Positions 28,753-38,120 of a stretch of 64,000 nt of DNA are shown here, piece after piece. Each line of letters begins with the position of its first letter. Positions within the stretch are counted from its first letter, which is position 1. This DNA comes from an uncultured Gammaproteobacteria bacterium (GTDB taxonomy: Bacteria; Pseudomonadota; Gammaproteobacteria; UBA9214). The translations under genes were made by a program, and so were the position numbers. The notes beneath the pieces were generated by a model. The model was not told the origin of the DNA. It did not search any database and saw only the letters and a list, made by a program, of their open reading frames with translations. The DNA lies in contig CAVVHS010000005.1 in assembly GCA_963748215.1 (NCBI GenBank), positions 160,001-224,000 of the forward strand, written 5' to 3'.

Positions 28753-30747
28753 TTACCGGCTGGCTTCCGTCGAGTACCGCCTGAAAAATGCGACAAGCCG
28801 CCGGTAGGACGCACGCTCGTTCTCGAAACGCGTAAAACCGTGCCCTTCGTCCGGATAGACGAAATACTCCACCGTACGGCCCATGTCATGCATGGATTGC
28901 ACCAGCCGGTCGGACTGTACCCGGGGTACTCGACTGTCGTTGGCCCCCTGATGTATCTGCAGGGGAGTCCTGATCCGTTCGATATGATAAAGCGGTGACA
29001 ATGCCCGATTCCGTGCCCGGTTGCGGCGCGGATCAAATCCGAGCTCGACAAACAGATTGCGCTGCAGATACCGCGGCCAGCTGCGCACAAATGTGGCCAG
29101 CTCGGTAAAGCCGAAAAAGTCCACTGCAGCCCTGAACGTGTCTGGATACTGTGTAATCAGCGACATCACGCTGAACCCGCCGAAACTCATTCCGAAAATA
29201 AACAGATTGTCAGCGTCGACGATCTCCATGCTTCGCACTGCTGCTGCGATTTCAACGATGTCACGGATATGACCACCACCCCAGTCATTGTCATCCAGGG
29301 CGGCGTAGTTCTTTCCGAAACCGGTGCTGCCGCGCACATTGGGTGCCACAACGATAAAACCGCGGTTGGCCAGAAACTGGATGACGCTGTCATACAGAGG
29401 ATCGATATGCTCGTGCGGACCGCCGTGAACAAGGAAGATAGCGGGGTGCCGGTTATTGGCCGAGGTGCCATTGGGGATAAAAAGATGCACCGGGATCTCA
29501 AGGCCATCAAAACCCGGTATCCGTAATGAACGTGCCTCGGCGAAGTCATTGCTGTCAATCCCCGATTGGTTGGCGTCATACAGAAGTACTGGTCCTTCTG
29601 TACCGACCCGATAATAGCGACCCGGCATACTCGAAGTCTCGGTGAGCACAATCCCCAGACCCGGGTTGCTCTCGCTGAATACTGCACCCGTAACAGTCCC
29701 GGGTGGCAGCCCGAAATCAGCCTGATCCTCGAAGCCATCGATGAGTACGGCTGTGCGACCCGCTAACCCGGTGCGGTATGCGATAACGGCGACACGTCCA
29801 TCCGCATACATCGAGAGTGACTCCAGGTCATTGTCAAACGGCAACTGGACAGGCGTCGGCGCGGGGTCACCGATCAGGTAGTTCCAGAGACGAAATCTGT
29901 CCGAGCCCAGGGCACTGAGGAAGTAGACCCGATCTCCGGCAAAGTTTGCGTCGACATTATTGATCCCGGGCGCGGCACTGATGTAACGTGTCCTGCCGGT
30001 AGGAAGATGCAGCAAGCCCAGGTGCCGTTCATCAAACCCGATCAGTTCCCCAAACAGCAGATACTGGCCATCCGCGCTTACCTTGTCGCAGTCCAGGCTG
30101 CGTCCGTTGCCAGGTAACAACTGGCGCGCCCTGCCGGTACTGACTTCCACCTGCCACAGGCCGGATTCACGGCGATTGTGGCGTGTCTGCGCGTAGTACA
30201 GCAGTGTGTCATCCGGCGAGAGGCCGCAGGCCATGGTGGTATCACCTCTGCCAGCAGACGTGAGTCTCAGTATGTCTCCTGTTCCAAGATCCAGGCGGTA
30301 GAGGTCATGGTTCTCATTCCCTTCGTTATCACGCACGATAATCAGGAACCGGCCCTGGTGGTCAACCCCGAATCCCGAGACCGATTCAGACAGATGAGTA
30401 AGCTGACGCTGCAGGCCACTGGCCAGGTCCAGCTCGAAAATATTGTCCACATTCCCATCGTTCCTGATGAAATAGATGGAGTGGTTATCCGGGGCGAATT
30501 GTAACTGGTCAAGCGGGCGGGTCTGGAAAAAGCGTTCGAATGCAAACTCTGGTGCTACGGGGCGTTCGGGAATATTGCCCAACTCGACAGCGATAGAGAG
30601 TGGCCTGATTCCTCCTGCGCCAGCGTGCAGGGGCATGACGCACGACAAGACTGCAAGCAGCTTACCCAGGATGCCGTGCATCGTTATCGACCTGCCTTTG
30701 TTGCGTAACGCTGTCACGTTATCCACTGCCTTGTTGAGAAAGACCAC
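28753..30747 (-). CDS. S9 family prolyl oligopeptidase / acylaminoacyl peptidase
   Basis: VHGGP, NVRGSTGFG, GMSFGG nucleophile, QGANDSRV, DEGHGF; start may be 30684. Confidence 0.92.
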   Translation of the reverse strand: MVFLNKAVDNVTALRNKGRSITMHGILGKLLAVLSCVMPLHAGAGGIRPLSIAVELGNIPERPVAPEFAFERFFQTRPLDQLQFAPDNHSIYFIRNDGNVDNIFELDLASGLQRQLTHLSESVSGFGVDHQGRFLIIVRDNEGNENHDLYRLDLGTGDILRLTSAGRGDTTMACGLSPDDTLLYYAQTRHNRRESGLWQVEVSTGRARQLLPGNGRSLDCDKVSADGQYLLFGELIGFDERHLGLLHLPTGRTRYISAAPGINNVDANFAGDRVYFLSALGSDRFRLWNYLIGDPAPTPVQLPFDNDLESLSMYADGRVAVIAYRTGLAGRTAVLIDGFEDQADFGLPPGTVTGAVFSESNPGLGIVLTETSSMPGRYYRVGTEGPVLLYDANQSGIDSNDFAEARSLRIPGFDGLEIPVHLFIPNGTSANNRHPAIFLVHGGPHEHIDPLYDSVIQFLANRGFIVVAPNVRGSTGFGKNYAALDDNDWGGGHIRDIVEIAAAVRSMEIVDADNLFIFGMSFGGFSVMSLITQYPDTFRAAVDFFGFTELATFVRSWPRYLQRNLFVELGFDPRRNRARNRALSPLYHIERIRTPLQIHQGANDSRVPRVQSDRLVQSMHDMGRTVEYFVYPDEGHGFTRFENERASYRRLVAFFRRYSTEASR

Positions 30748-30910
30748 CGGAACAGCTGCCTGTTGATTTGCAAAAAATATTGATCCGGTTTTTGCAGTGA
30801 AAAATGCATCACCGCTTCATCGGTCAGCTACCATCAGGTGATGCAGAAACTCCGGCTTACGGTAATTCAAAGTAGCATACAAATACCTGCGCTGTTTTGG
30901 ACAATATTAA

Positions 30911-31020
30911 GGAATCTCCGATTAATTCGTCATGCCGGCGACAGCCGGCATCCAGGCTATTGAAAATACTGGATCCCGGCATGCGCCGGGATGACGATGA
31001 GTGAATTAATCAGGGGTTCC
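30911..31020. mobile_element. 110-bp MITE enclosing a REP pair, flanked by TTAA
   Basis: TTAA-GGAATCTCCGATTAAT...ATTAATCAGGGGTTCC-TTAA; internal GTCATGCCGG..CCGGCATCCAG / CTGGATCCCGG..CCGGGATGAC. Confidence 0.8.
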
Positions 31021-31086
31021 TTAAGTGAAAAATCAACATCCGAGTGTCGCGAAGCACAGGGATGTTCGAGAGCGACCACTTGCACA

Positions 31087-31501
31087 TGGCCCAGGCCAGC
31101 TTCTCGACCCGGACTATGCCCGTAAAAATGGTCTCACCTTCTCCCTGTACATCGTCCATGGCCCTCGCCCTGCGGGCGCCGGCACAGCCTGCGTCCAAAA
31201 CGGCTAGACTGCCGTTTTGTCGAACCAACTTGGTTCTGATCAAAGCGTATCGAGGGTTCGAATTCCGATCTCGACGCATCAATAAGAAAGGGGGCTAGAA
31301 GCCCCCTTTCTATTGATATGGCGGAGAGAGAGGGATTACTCGGGCCATACGGCCCTCGCCCCTGCGGGGCCGCCGTCACTCGCGCTCCGGCGTTCTCTCG
31401 CGCCTGCAGCGCTCGAGTCGAACCCGACTCTTTATATAATCGAGGGTTCGAACCCCTCGGCCAATAATCAAAAAGGCCCCATCCGGGGCCTTTTTGATTA
31501 T
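31087..31501 (-). repeat. tRNA-Ser(GGA) downstream repeat units (183-bp period)
   Basis: Last 19 nt of the tRNA repeated at 31319-31337; each unit has a terminator-like hairpin, an inverted T-arm copy and a CCCTGCGGG core. Confidence 0.85.
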
Positions 31502-31502
31502 T
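31463..31502 (-). terminator. Intrinsic (bidirectional-type) terminator after tRNA-Ser(GGA)
   Basis: AATAATCAAAAAGGCCCC-ATCC-GGGGCCTTTTTGATTATT perfect hairpin. Confidence 0.85.
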
Positions 31503-31592
31503 GGCGGAGAGAGAGGGATTCGAACCCTCGATACGGGATTACCGTATACACACTTTCCAGGCGTGCTCCTTCAACCACTCGGACACCTCTCC
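31502..31592 (-). tRNA. tRNA-Ser(GGA)
   Basis: GGAGAGGTGTCCGAGTGGTTGAAGGAGCACGCCTGGAAAGTGTG...GGTTCGAATCCCTCTCTCTCCGCCA; long variable arm. Confidence 0.97.
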
Positions 31593-31742
31593 GGAATCAT
31601 TTACTGCTGATCATTTCAACACATAACTGCAAATCTGATCGACGGAACACGCCAGCGTGCCCGTTATTCGCCCGCTGCGCGGACTCACCCCTGCGGGGCC
31701 GCCGTCGCTGACGCTTCGACGTTCTCTCGGCGATGCCTCGAG

Positions 31743-31817
31743 TCAACCACTCGGACACCTCTCCGGAATCATTGACTGCTGATCATTTCAACACATAACT
31801 GCAAACCTGATCGACGG
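31743..31817 (-). repeat. Duplicate of tRNA-Ser(GGA) leader plus first 22 nt
   Basis: 75 bp matching 31571-31645 with 2 mismatches. Confidence 0.9.
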
Positions 31818-32216
31818 TACAAGCGGGCGTGAGCCGAACAGGCGCGGAAGAGTAAACCAGAACCCCATGTCGTTCAAATGGATTCCGGATGAGCGTTGCA
31901 CGTCACGTGTTCTGCTAATCCACCTGCGCCTGGCGGCACCGCCCTCCCGAAAGCAGGTCCTTGCCCCAGCTGCGGGTGGCCGGGCGAGCCGGTCGGGTCA
32001 TGCGAGCTGCGCGCGGCGATCCTGCCCGGATACACCCACGCGACAGGCAAGCGGCGTCACAACTCGACAGGAATTCCGACAATCCCGCAACAGGGAAGGA
32101 GAGGGAAAACACTTGATATCAATAGGTTACAAACTGATAGATGTCAAATTGTAAGGAATTGTTGACTAATTAGCATATTAGACTATTCTAATGCTATACC
32201 GAATTACCCGGAGGTA

Positions 32217-32906
32217 ATGACGATGAGCCATAAGTTTAGACGTTACATGCTGTTGCTGGGCATGCTGACGCTCGGGTGGCTACCGGTTATCGGAGTAGCC
32301 GCTGATGATCCCGAGCTGTGTGCGCCGTTCAAGGATAGCAAGGTGGATACCACACTGGTGTCGTCCATGCTGAAGGCAGCCAAAGACGGCTATCTGTATC
32401 GAATCCAGAAAGACACCTCGCAGGTGGGCTTCTGTGTCGACAGCGAGTTCAAACGCGTGGAGGCCGCCTTTAACGATTTCAGTGGCGGCCTGGCGTTGAC
32501 GCCCGCCGAGTGGGTTGCGCACGACCAGCAGGCCATGGTCGTGATCCGGACCGCCAGCCTGGATACCCGCGGCTCGATCGTCGAGAGCCTGATCAAGAGC
32601 GAGCGTTTCTTCGACGTGGAGAACTACCCGGAGATCCTGTTCATAAGTCGCAGCTTCGAGTGGCTGGGCACGGACAAGGCGAAGATCCATGGTGACCTGA
32701 CCGTGCATGGTGTCACCCGGCCGGTGGTGCTGGATGTCACGCTGATCCCGGTGGAGAAACAGCAAGGCACCACCGAGGAGAGCATCACGATCAAGGCATC
32801 GACCGTGATCAACCGTTCCGAGTTCGGCATGGACAGCCTGTCGAGGCTGGTCAGTGACCAGGTTGAGCTCTGCATGTCGGTCGAGGTTTTACGCTACCGC
32901 GGCTGA
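32217..32906 (+). CDS. YceI family protein
   Basis: FFDVENYPEILF, GDLTVHGVTRPV, INRSEFGM. Confidence 0.9.
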   Translation: MTMSHKFRRYMLLLGMLTLGWLPVIGVAADDPELCAPFKDSKVDTTLVSSMLKAAKDGYLYRIQKDTSQVGFCVDSEFKRVEAAFNDFSGGLALTPAEWVAHDQQAMVVIRTASLDTRGSIVESLIKSERFFDVENYPEILFISRSFEWLGTDKAKIHGDLTVHGVTRPVVLDVTLIPVEKQQGTTEESITIKASTVINRSEFGMDSLSRLVSDQVELCMSVEVLRYRG

Positions 32907-33005
32907 TCAACACCGGGGCGCTGACCGACGGCCAGCGCCCCGGTCGCATGTCATATATTCCTGTAAACCCGTTACCGCAAGCGCCTGCTTGATGCGTCGC
33001 CGTGG

Positions 33006-33767
33006 CTAGTAGCGCACAGCCGGTGTTTCTATTTTCAGGCCGTTGGACCGCGACATGATGTACAGCCCCATCAGGTTGATCTCATCCGAGCCGGATTCGA
33101 ACGGCTCGGCACGCATCAACGTGAGGCACTGTTGTATACGCTGATTCAGGTTGGTGATCTCGCCGATATCGAGCCGGTAGGCGGGAAAACCGTTGCCCTG
33201 ACCTTCGCTGATCTTCTGCCCACGAATCATCTGCCCCGGGTACATGTCATGGCAGTGATAGCAGGAAATATCGATCAGCCCGTAGCGGGCCTTGTACAGC
33301 TGTTCACCCTTTTCCAGCAACTCCACCATGGGGCCATCGGTCTGGACGTTGACCGGCACACCACGCGCCCGGTTGCGCACAAAGGTCTCCAGCGCAATCA
33401 GGTCGGGATGATCGTCGGGCAGTATCTCGCCGGTGGTCCTGGTAAGGCACAGGCTGATCTGTTGTTGCAGGCTCACCAGCCCACCATCCCGGTAGACCGG
33501 GTAGCGCGCGATATTCCCGGTATCCAGGCCGCCGCCGTCGTCGCCATGACAGTCGGCACAGGACTTGCTGTCGCCGCCCGGCTGCTCGTTGAATAACGCC
33601 TGACCCTGCTCCAAGGTAAACATGCCGGGATTCAGGAAGTCATCGTCCTGCATCTCGCGCGTGGCCGGCTTGATGAATTCATAACCGGATCGCGGCTCGC
33701 CCGCGCCCGCCGGCAGTGCCAGCACCAATCCGAGTATCAATCCGAAATACCTGCTTGCGAGATTCAT
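33006..33767 (-). CDS. soxA: Sulfur oxidation c-type cytochrome SoxA (diheme)
   Basis: MQDDDFLNPGM, CADCH, CYHCH, GQGNGFPAYR, SNGL..ETPAVR. Confidence 0.92.
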   Translation of the reverse strand: MNLASRYFGLILGLVLALPAGAGEPRSGYEFIKPATREMQDDDFLNPGMFTLEQGQALFNEQPGGDSKSCADCHGDDGGGLDTGNIARYPVYRDGGLVSLQQQISLCLTRTTGEILPDDHPDLIALETFVRNRARGVPVNVQTDGPMVELLEKGEQLYKARYGLIDISCYHCHDMYPGQMIRGQKISEGQGNGFPAYRLDIGEITNLNQRIQQCLTLMRAEPFESGSDEINLMGLYIMSRSNGLKIETPAVRY

Positions 33768-34243
33768 TTCAATGTCACCAGGTAGGCAATCACGTCTTCA
33801 ACCTGCTGCGCCGTGAGAAAGGTTTTGCCCCTGTAGCGCTTGCCGGGCCGGTGGATCAGGCGTGGATCACGGTAGAAGCCGGGCATGATCGACATCGGGT
33901 TGATGTGCCGCGTATCCACCACGCGCAGGCGGATCTGCGCCTCGCCGAGGCGTGCGGCAATACCCTCCAGCGGGGGACCGATGGTGCCGTAGGCCTCGAC
34001 GCCGGGGATCGGCAGCTGGTGGCAGGCGAGGCAATTGCCGAGGTGACTGTCCGAGACAATCGCCGTACCACGCCCGGCATCCCCGGCCAGACCGCATAAC
34101 GGCGCGGCGATGCCGTACTCCACCACCTCCCAGCGACAATAGTCTTCGGGAAGCTGCGCCTGTTCCGCGGCAAGACCACTGAACGGCAGCGGGATGATGG
34201 ACAGCAATACCAGGCAGATCCGGAGATATTTCATGCCAGGCAT
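33764..34243 (-). CDS. soxX: Sulfur oxidation c-type cytochrome SoxX
   Basis: GDAGRG, GNCLACH, GTIGPPL, SIMPGFY, LTAQQVEDVIAYL. Confidence 0.92.
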   Translation of the reverse strand: MPGMKYLRICLVLLSIIPLPFSGLAAEQAQLPEDYCRWEVVEYGIAAPLCGLAGDAGRGTAIVSDSHLGNCLACHQLPIPGVEAYGTIGPPLEGIAARLGEAQIRLRVVDTRHINPMSIMPGFYRDPRLIHRPGKRYRGKTFLTAQQVEDVIAYLVTLK

Positions 34244-34657
34244 CCCGTCGGGTTAGCGTAATTGTCCGGAATCATATCGGGTGCTCCCGTTTGTATGCAG
34301 TCCGCAACCCATGCCTGTGGCAAACAAGGCCGGATAGTCCGGACCTGAATCATCAGATCAGCATCGCATTTTCCCGACGTTCTCCGGCAGCCCGGATGCC
34401 GGAATCGATCCCGGGTAAACTCTGCAGAACCGGTTGGATTTCGAGCCGGCCTCATAGTACATCAACAAGCATTTAAACTGCCAATTGCACTCTCCTTCCC
34501 AACAGACAGGCCGCGTTTTTTAGTATGATATCCCGCATCGATCGATTTGCTTCCAGGATGCTGCAGGCCGTGCATTACCAGCACAAATACGAGCCGGTAT
34601 ACCTGCCTGGACTCACGAACCCGCAACGGACACTGCCCTGCCGAATGTATCTTCCAC

Positions 34658-35650
34658 ATGAATAAATCCAGAGCAATCGGCCGTACCTTGCTGTTCCTCA
34701 TCGCCTACTGCACGCTTGCAGCTGTCGTCTATTTCGCCAGCCTGCTAATGCTGCAGCATGGCGTTTTATTCAACGCGCCCTGGTTTGCCACCGCACAGAA
34801 ATCCCTTTACCGGGCCGGGATGTCTGACAATGCAACGAACTGGCTTTCGCTGCCCGGCTGCATCACACCCGACCCCGAGCTGGTTTACATACCGTCGACA
34901 GGCTCATGTGAATTCAATCATATCGAATTCAGGACCACCCTGAACTTCACGGAAGAAGGCAGATATACGGGTGACAAACCGCAGGGTACAGGCATTGCCG
35001 TAATCGGCGACTCACACGCGATGGGCTGGGGGGTGAACGATCTCGAGACGTTTGCGGCCCACCTGCAGGAACTGTCAGGGCGCCCCGTATACAATCTGGG
35101 CGTAGCGAGTTACGGGACATCCAGAGAACTCATCAGGCTGAAAAATTCCGGGCTGCTGGAGAAGATTGATACCGTCATCATTCAGTACTGCAACAATGAC
35201 TATAATGAAAATATCATGTTCGACACGGCATCGCGGCAAGAGCTGCACGAGAAGGTATTCGGCCACGCCGGGACGGACGAGGTACAGCAGCCCGACATGC
35301 TGAAATTCATCACCAAAGGCTACTGGCTTACCCTGAAGGCCCCGCTAAAGTCCCTGGCCGACAGACTGCGTCGCAAGAACTTCGCACGCCACTACAATGT
35401 TCTGATTGACACACTGCAGAAGCAATACGAGGTATTGCGCGGCAAGCATGTCATTGTGTTTTACAGCAATCCCTATGGCCAGAAATACCGGAATTATCCG
35501 GCTGGCAGGGACACCCGGTTACCCGAAGTCTCATTCGTGGATCTCGACCTCAACCAGGCGGACTACCATAAACTCGACAATCACCTGACCCCTGCCGGCC
35601 ATCGAAAGGTAGCCGAGCGCCTGTTCAAATACCTGCAATCCGCACCCTGA
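34658..35650 (+). CDS. SGNH/GDSL hydrolase-like membrane-anchored protein
   Basis: GDSHAMGWGV, NLGVASYGT, NND, DNHLTPAGH. Confidence 0.85.
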   Translation: MNKSRAIGRTLLFLIAYCTLAAVVYFASLLMLQHGVLFNAPWFATAQKSLYRAGMSDNATNWLSLPGCITPDPELVYIPSTGSCEFNHIEFRTTLNFTEEGRYTGDKPQGTGIAVIGDSHAMGWGVNDLETFAAHLQELSGRPVYNLGVASYGTSRELIRLKNSGLLEKIDTVIIQYCNNDYNENIMFDTASRQELHEKVFGHAGTDEVQQPDMLKFITKGYWLTLKAPLKSLADRLRRKNFARHYNVLIDTLQKQYEVLRGKHVIVFYSNPYGQKYRNYPAGRDTRLPEVSFVDLDLNQADYHKLDNHLTPAGHRKVAERLFKYLQSAP

Positions 35651-35732
35651 AAGCCGCGCGATAGCGCCTTGTTTTCGAGTTATTCCCCGACGGTGGATCA
35701 AATTCGCCATTCTGCCGAGGCGAACGCACTTG

Positions 35733-36247
35733 CCCTGCGGGGCCGCCGGCATTGCCGGCGTGCTTCGCGGCTGCGCCGCTCGTCGAACCCAACCAATCGG
35801 AAACACTCGGGTTCGAATCCACTGGCAACAATCCATGTGAAAAAAGGGCGCAAGGCCCCTTTTTCACATGGATGGCGGAGAGGGAGGGATTATTCGCGCT
35901 GCGCGCTCACCCCTGCGGGGCCGCCGGCATTGCCGGCGTGCTTCGCGGCTGCACCGCTCGTCGAACCCAACCAATCGGAAACACTCGGGTTCGAATCCAC
36001 TGGCAACAATCCATGTGAAAAAGGGGCGCAAGGCCCCTTTTTCACATGGATGGCGGAGAGGGAGGGATTATTCGCGCTGCGCGCTCACCCCTGCGGGGCC
36101 GCCGGCATTGCCGGCGTGCTTCGCGGCTGCGCCGCTCGTCGAACCCAACCAATCGGAAACACTCGGGTTCGAATCCACTGGCAACAATCCATGTGAAAAA
36201 AGGGCGCAAGGCCCCTTTTTCACATGGATGGCGGAGAGGGAGGGATT
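35733..36247 (-). repeat. About 2.9 x 178-bp tandem repeat downstream of tRNA-Ser(CGA)
   Basis: TGGCGGAGAGGGAGGGATT at 35873, 36051 and 36229; near-identical units with terminator hairpin. Confidence 0.95.
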
Positions 36248-36321
36248 CGAACCCTCGTAGGGCGGTAAAGCCCTCAACCGATTTCGAGTCGGTGCCGTTG
36301 TGACCGCTTCGGTACCTCTCC
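36229..36321 (-). tRNA. tRNA-Ser(CGA)
   Basis: GGAGAGGTACCGAAGCGGTCACAACGGCACCGACTCGAAATCGG...GGTTCGAATCCCTCCCTCTCCGCCA. Confidence 0.96.
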
Positions 36322-36433
36322 AGTGAACCCGGGACTGATTTACGGTACTAATCTGACTTCAGGAACCTGCCGATCCGGAGATCGTTCAGGTATGATAACC
36401 ATACAATGTATCAGGGATATAGACTGACGGCAC

Positions 36434-37924
36434 ATGCTTGACCCAGCCAAGCGATCTGTAAACCCGTTTGCATGCGCCCAGGGCGTCGTCCGGTCTGTGC
36501 ATTCTAGCGCATGCCTTGCCGGGTCGGCTACGGGCAACATCAAGCTGATTCTCATCCTCTGCCTGGCGCTGTCGGCTTGTGGGCGTCCACTCTCGCTGCT
36601 GGAACAGATCCAGCAGCAGAATCAGCTGATCGTCATCACCCGTAACAGCTCGACCACCTACTTCGAGGGCCCGGACGGGCCGACCGGCTTTGAATACGAA
36701 CTGGCCAGTCGTTTCGCGGATTATCTCGGCGTTGACTTGCGTATCGTCATACCACCGAACTTCAATGACATTCTGCCACTGGTCGTACTGGGCGACGCCC
36801 ACCTCGCGGCAGCCGGACTGACCGTCACCCGCAAGCGCAAGGAAAAGGTGCGCTTCGGCCCCGTCTATCACACCATCACCCCGCAACTGGTCTACCGCAG
36901 CGGCGATGTCCGTCCGAAATCACCGGCCGACCTGAACGGAACACTGGAGGTACTCGCCGGCAGCAGCCATGAGGAACGCCTGGAGGAGCTGCAAGCGAAG
37001 TACCCGGACCTGAAATGGCAGAGCAATACTGCGCAGGACAGCGAGGAATTGCTGGCCATGGTATGGCAACAGCTGATCGACTACACCGTGGCTGATTCCA
37101 ACGAATTGTCCGTCAACCGTCATTTCTACCCGGAACTGAAACCCGCCTTCGATCTCGCCGCGCCGCAATCACTGGCCTGGGCATTTCCGAAATCCGCCGA
37201 CAAGAGCCTGTACCTGGCGGCGATCACCTTCTTTAACAAGATCAGGCAAAATGGCACGCTGGCACAGCTGATCGAACGCTATTTCGGCCATGTCGAGGAT
37301 TTCGACTATGTCGGCACGCGCCGTTACCAGGCCCACATCGAGCAGCGCCTGCCGGCCTACCAGGATCTGTTTATCGAAGCCGGCGCAGAGGTCGGTATGG
37401 ACTGGCGCCTGCTTGCGGCTATCGGTTACCAGGAATCGCACTGGGACCCGGATGCGGTATCACCGACCGGGGTGCGCGGCCTGATGATGCTCACGCTGAA
37501 CGCCGCCGATGATCTGGATATCGAAAACCGCCTCGACCCCGAACAGAGCATCCGCGGCGGCGCGGAGTACCTGTTACGCATGCGCGAACGCATCCCGCAG
37601 CGCATCCCCGAGCCCGACCGCACCTGGTTCGCACTGGCTGCCTACAATGTCGGCCTCGGTCACCTGGAGGATGCACGCATCCTGACCGTGAAAAACAAGG
37701 GCGATGCCGACAAATGGGTGGATGTGAAAAAGAACCTGCCGCTGCTCAGCAAGAAGAAATGGTTCCAGCAGACCCGCTACGGGTATGCCCGCGGCCGCGA
37801 GCCGGTGCGCTACGTGGAGAATATCCGCACCTATTACGACATCCTGGTATGGCTGACCGAGCAGGAAAATTCCGCCGAAAGCGTGCGACGCGAACCGCTG
37901 CAGTTCGGCTCACCGGCGCTGTAG
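36434..37924 (+). CDS. mltF: Membrane-bound lytic murein transglycosylase MltF
   Basis: PBP domain (GFEYELA) + SLT (YQESHW, GVRGLMML, AAYNVG, RYGYARG); true start probably downstream. Confidence 0.93.
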   Translation: MLDPAKRSVNPFACAQGVVRSVHSSACLAGSATGNIKLILILCLALSACGRPLSLLEQIQQQNQLIVITRNSSTTYFEGPDGPTGFEYELASRFADYLGVDLRIVIPPNFNDILPLVVLGDAHLAAAGLTVTRKRKEKVRFGPVYHTITPQLVYRSGDVRPKSPADLNGTLEVLAGSSHEERLEELQAKYPDLKWQSNTAQDSEELLAMVWQQLIDYTVADSNELSVNRHFYPELKPAFDLAAPQSLAWAFPKSADKSLYLAAITFFNKIRQNGTLAQLIERYFGHVEDFDYVGTRRYQAHIEQRLPAYQDLFIEAGAEVGMDWRLLAAIGYQESHWDPDAVSPTGVRGLMMLTLNAADDLDIENRLDPEQSIRGGAEYLLRMRERIPQRIPEPDRTWFALAAYNVGLGHLEDARILTVKNKGDADKWVDVKKNLPLLSKKKWFQQTRYGYARGREPVRYVENIRTYYDILVWLTEQENSAESVRREPLQFGSPAL

Positions 37925-37981
37925 GCGACGGTGATTCAATCGTGGACAACGTCCGCTCTTACGCCGGCGCAACTATTGGGT

Positions 37982-38044
37982 GTAGGAGCGCATCTCATGC
38001 GCGATGCGGTATTTGAAATGATCGCGGATGGGATCCGCTCCTAC
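37982..38044. repeat. GTAG REP doublet (REPIN-like)
   Basis: GTAGGAGCGCATCTCATGCGCGAT...ATCGCGGATGGGATCCGCTCCTAC between convergent genes. Confidence 0.85.
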
Positions 38045-38120
38045 AGGAGCATCGATTGGGCGCGGAAGCGCAGGCATGCGCGAATTACAGGCAACAATTA
38101 TTCGCGGACCACGTCCGCGC

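Noticed and set aside
30765-30850. Riboswitch in the S9 peptidase leader
   Set aside because: Two hairpins are present but match no riboswitch consensus I recognise.
31870-32100. SRP RNA or other ncRNA upstream of tRNA-Ser(GGA)
   Set aside because: GC-rich, but lacks the SRP CAGG..GGAA..AGCAG signature.
35733-36247. attL/attR of a prophage or ICE at tRNA-Ser
   Set aside because: tRNA 3' copies are only 178 bp apart and no integrase or phage gene is present.
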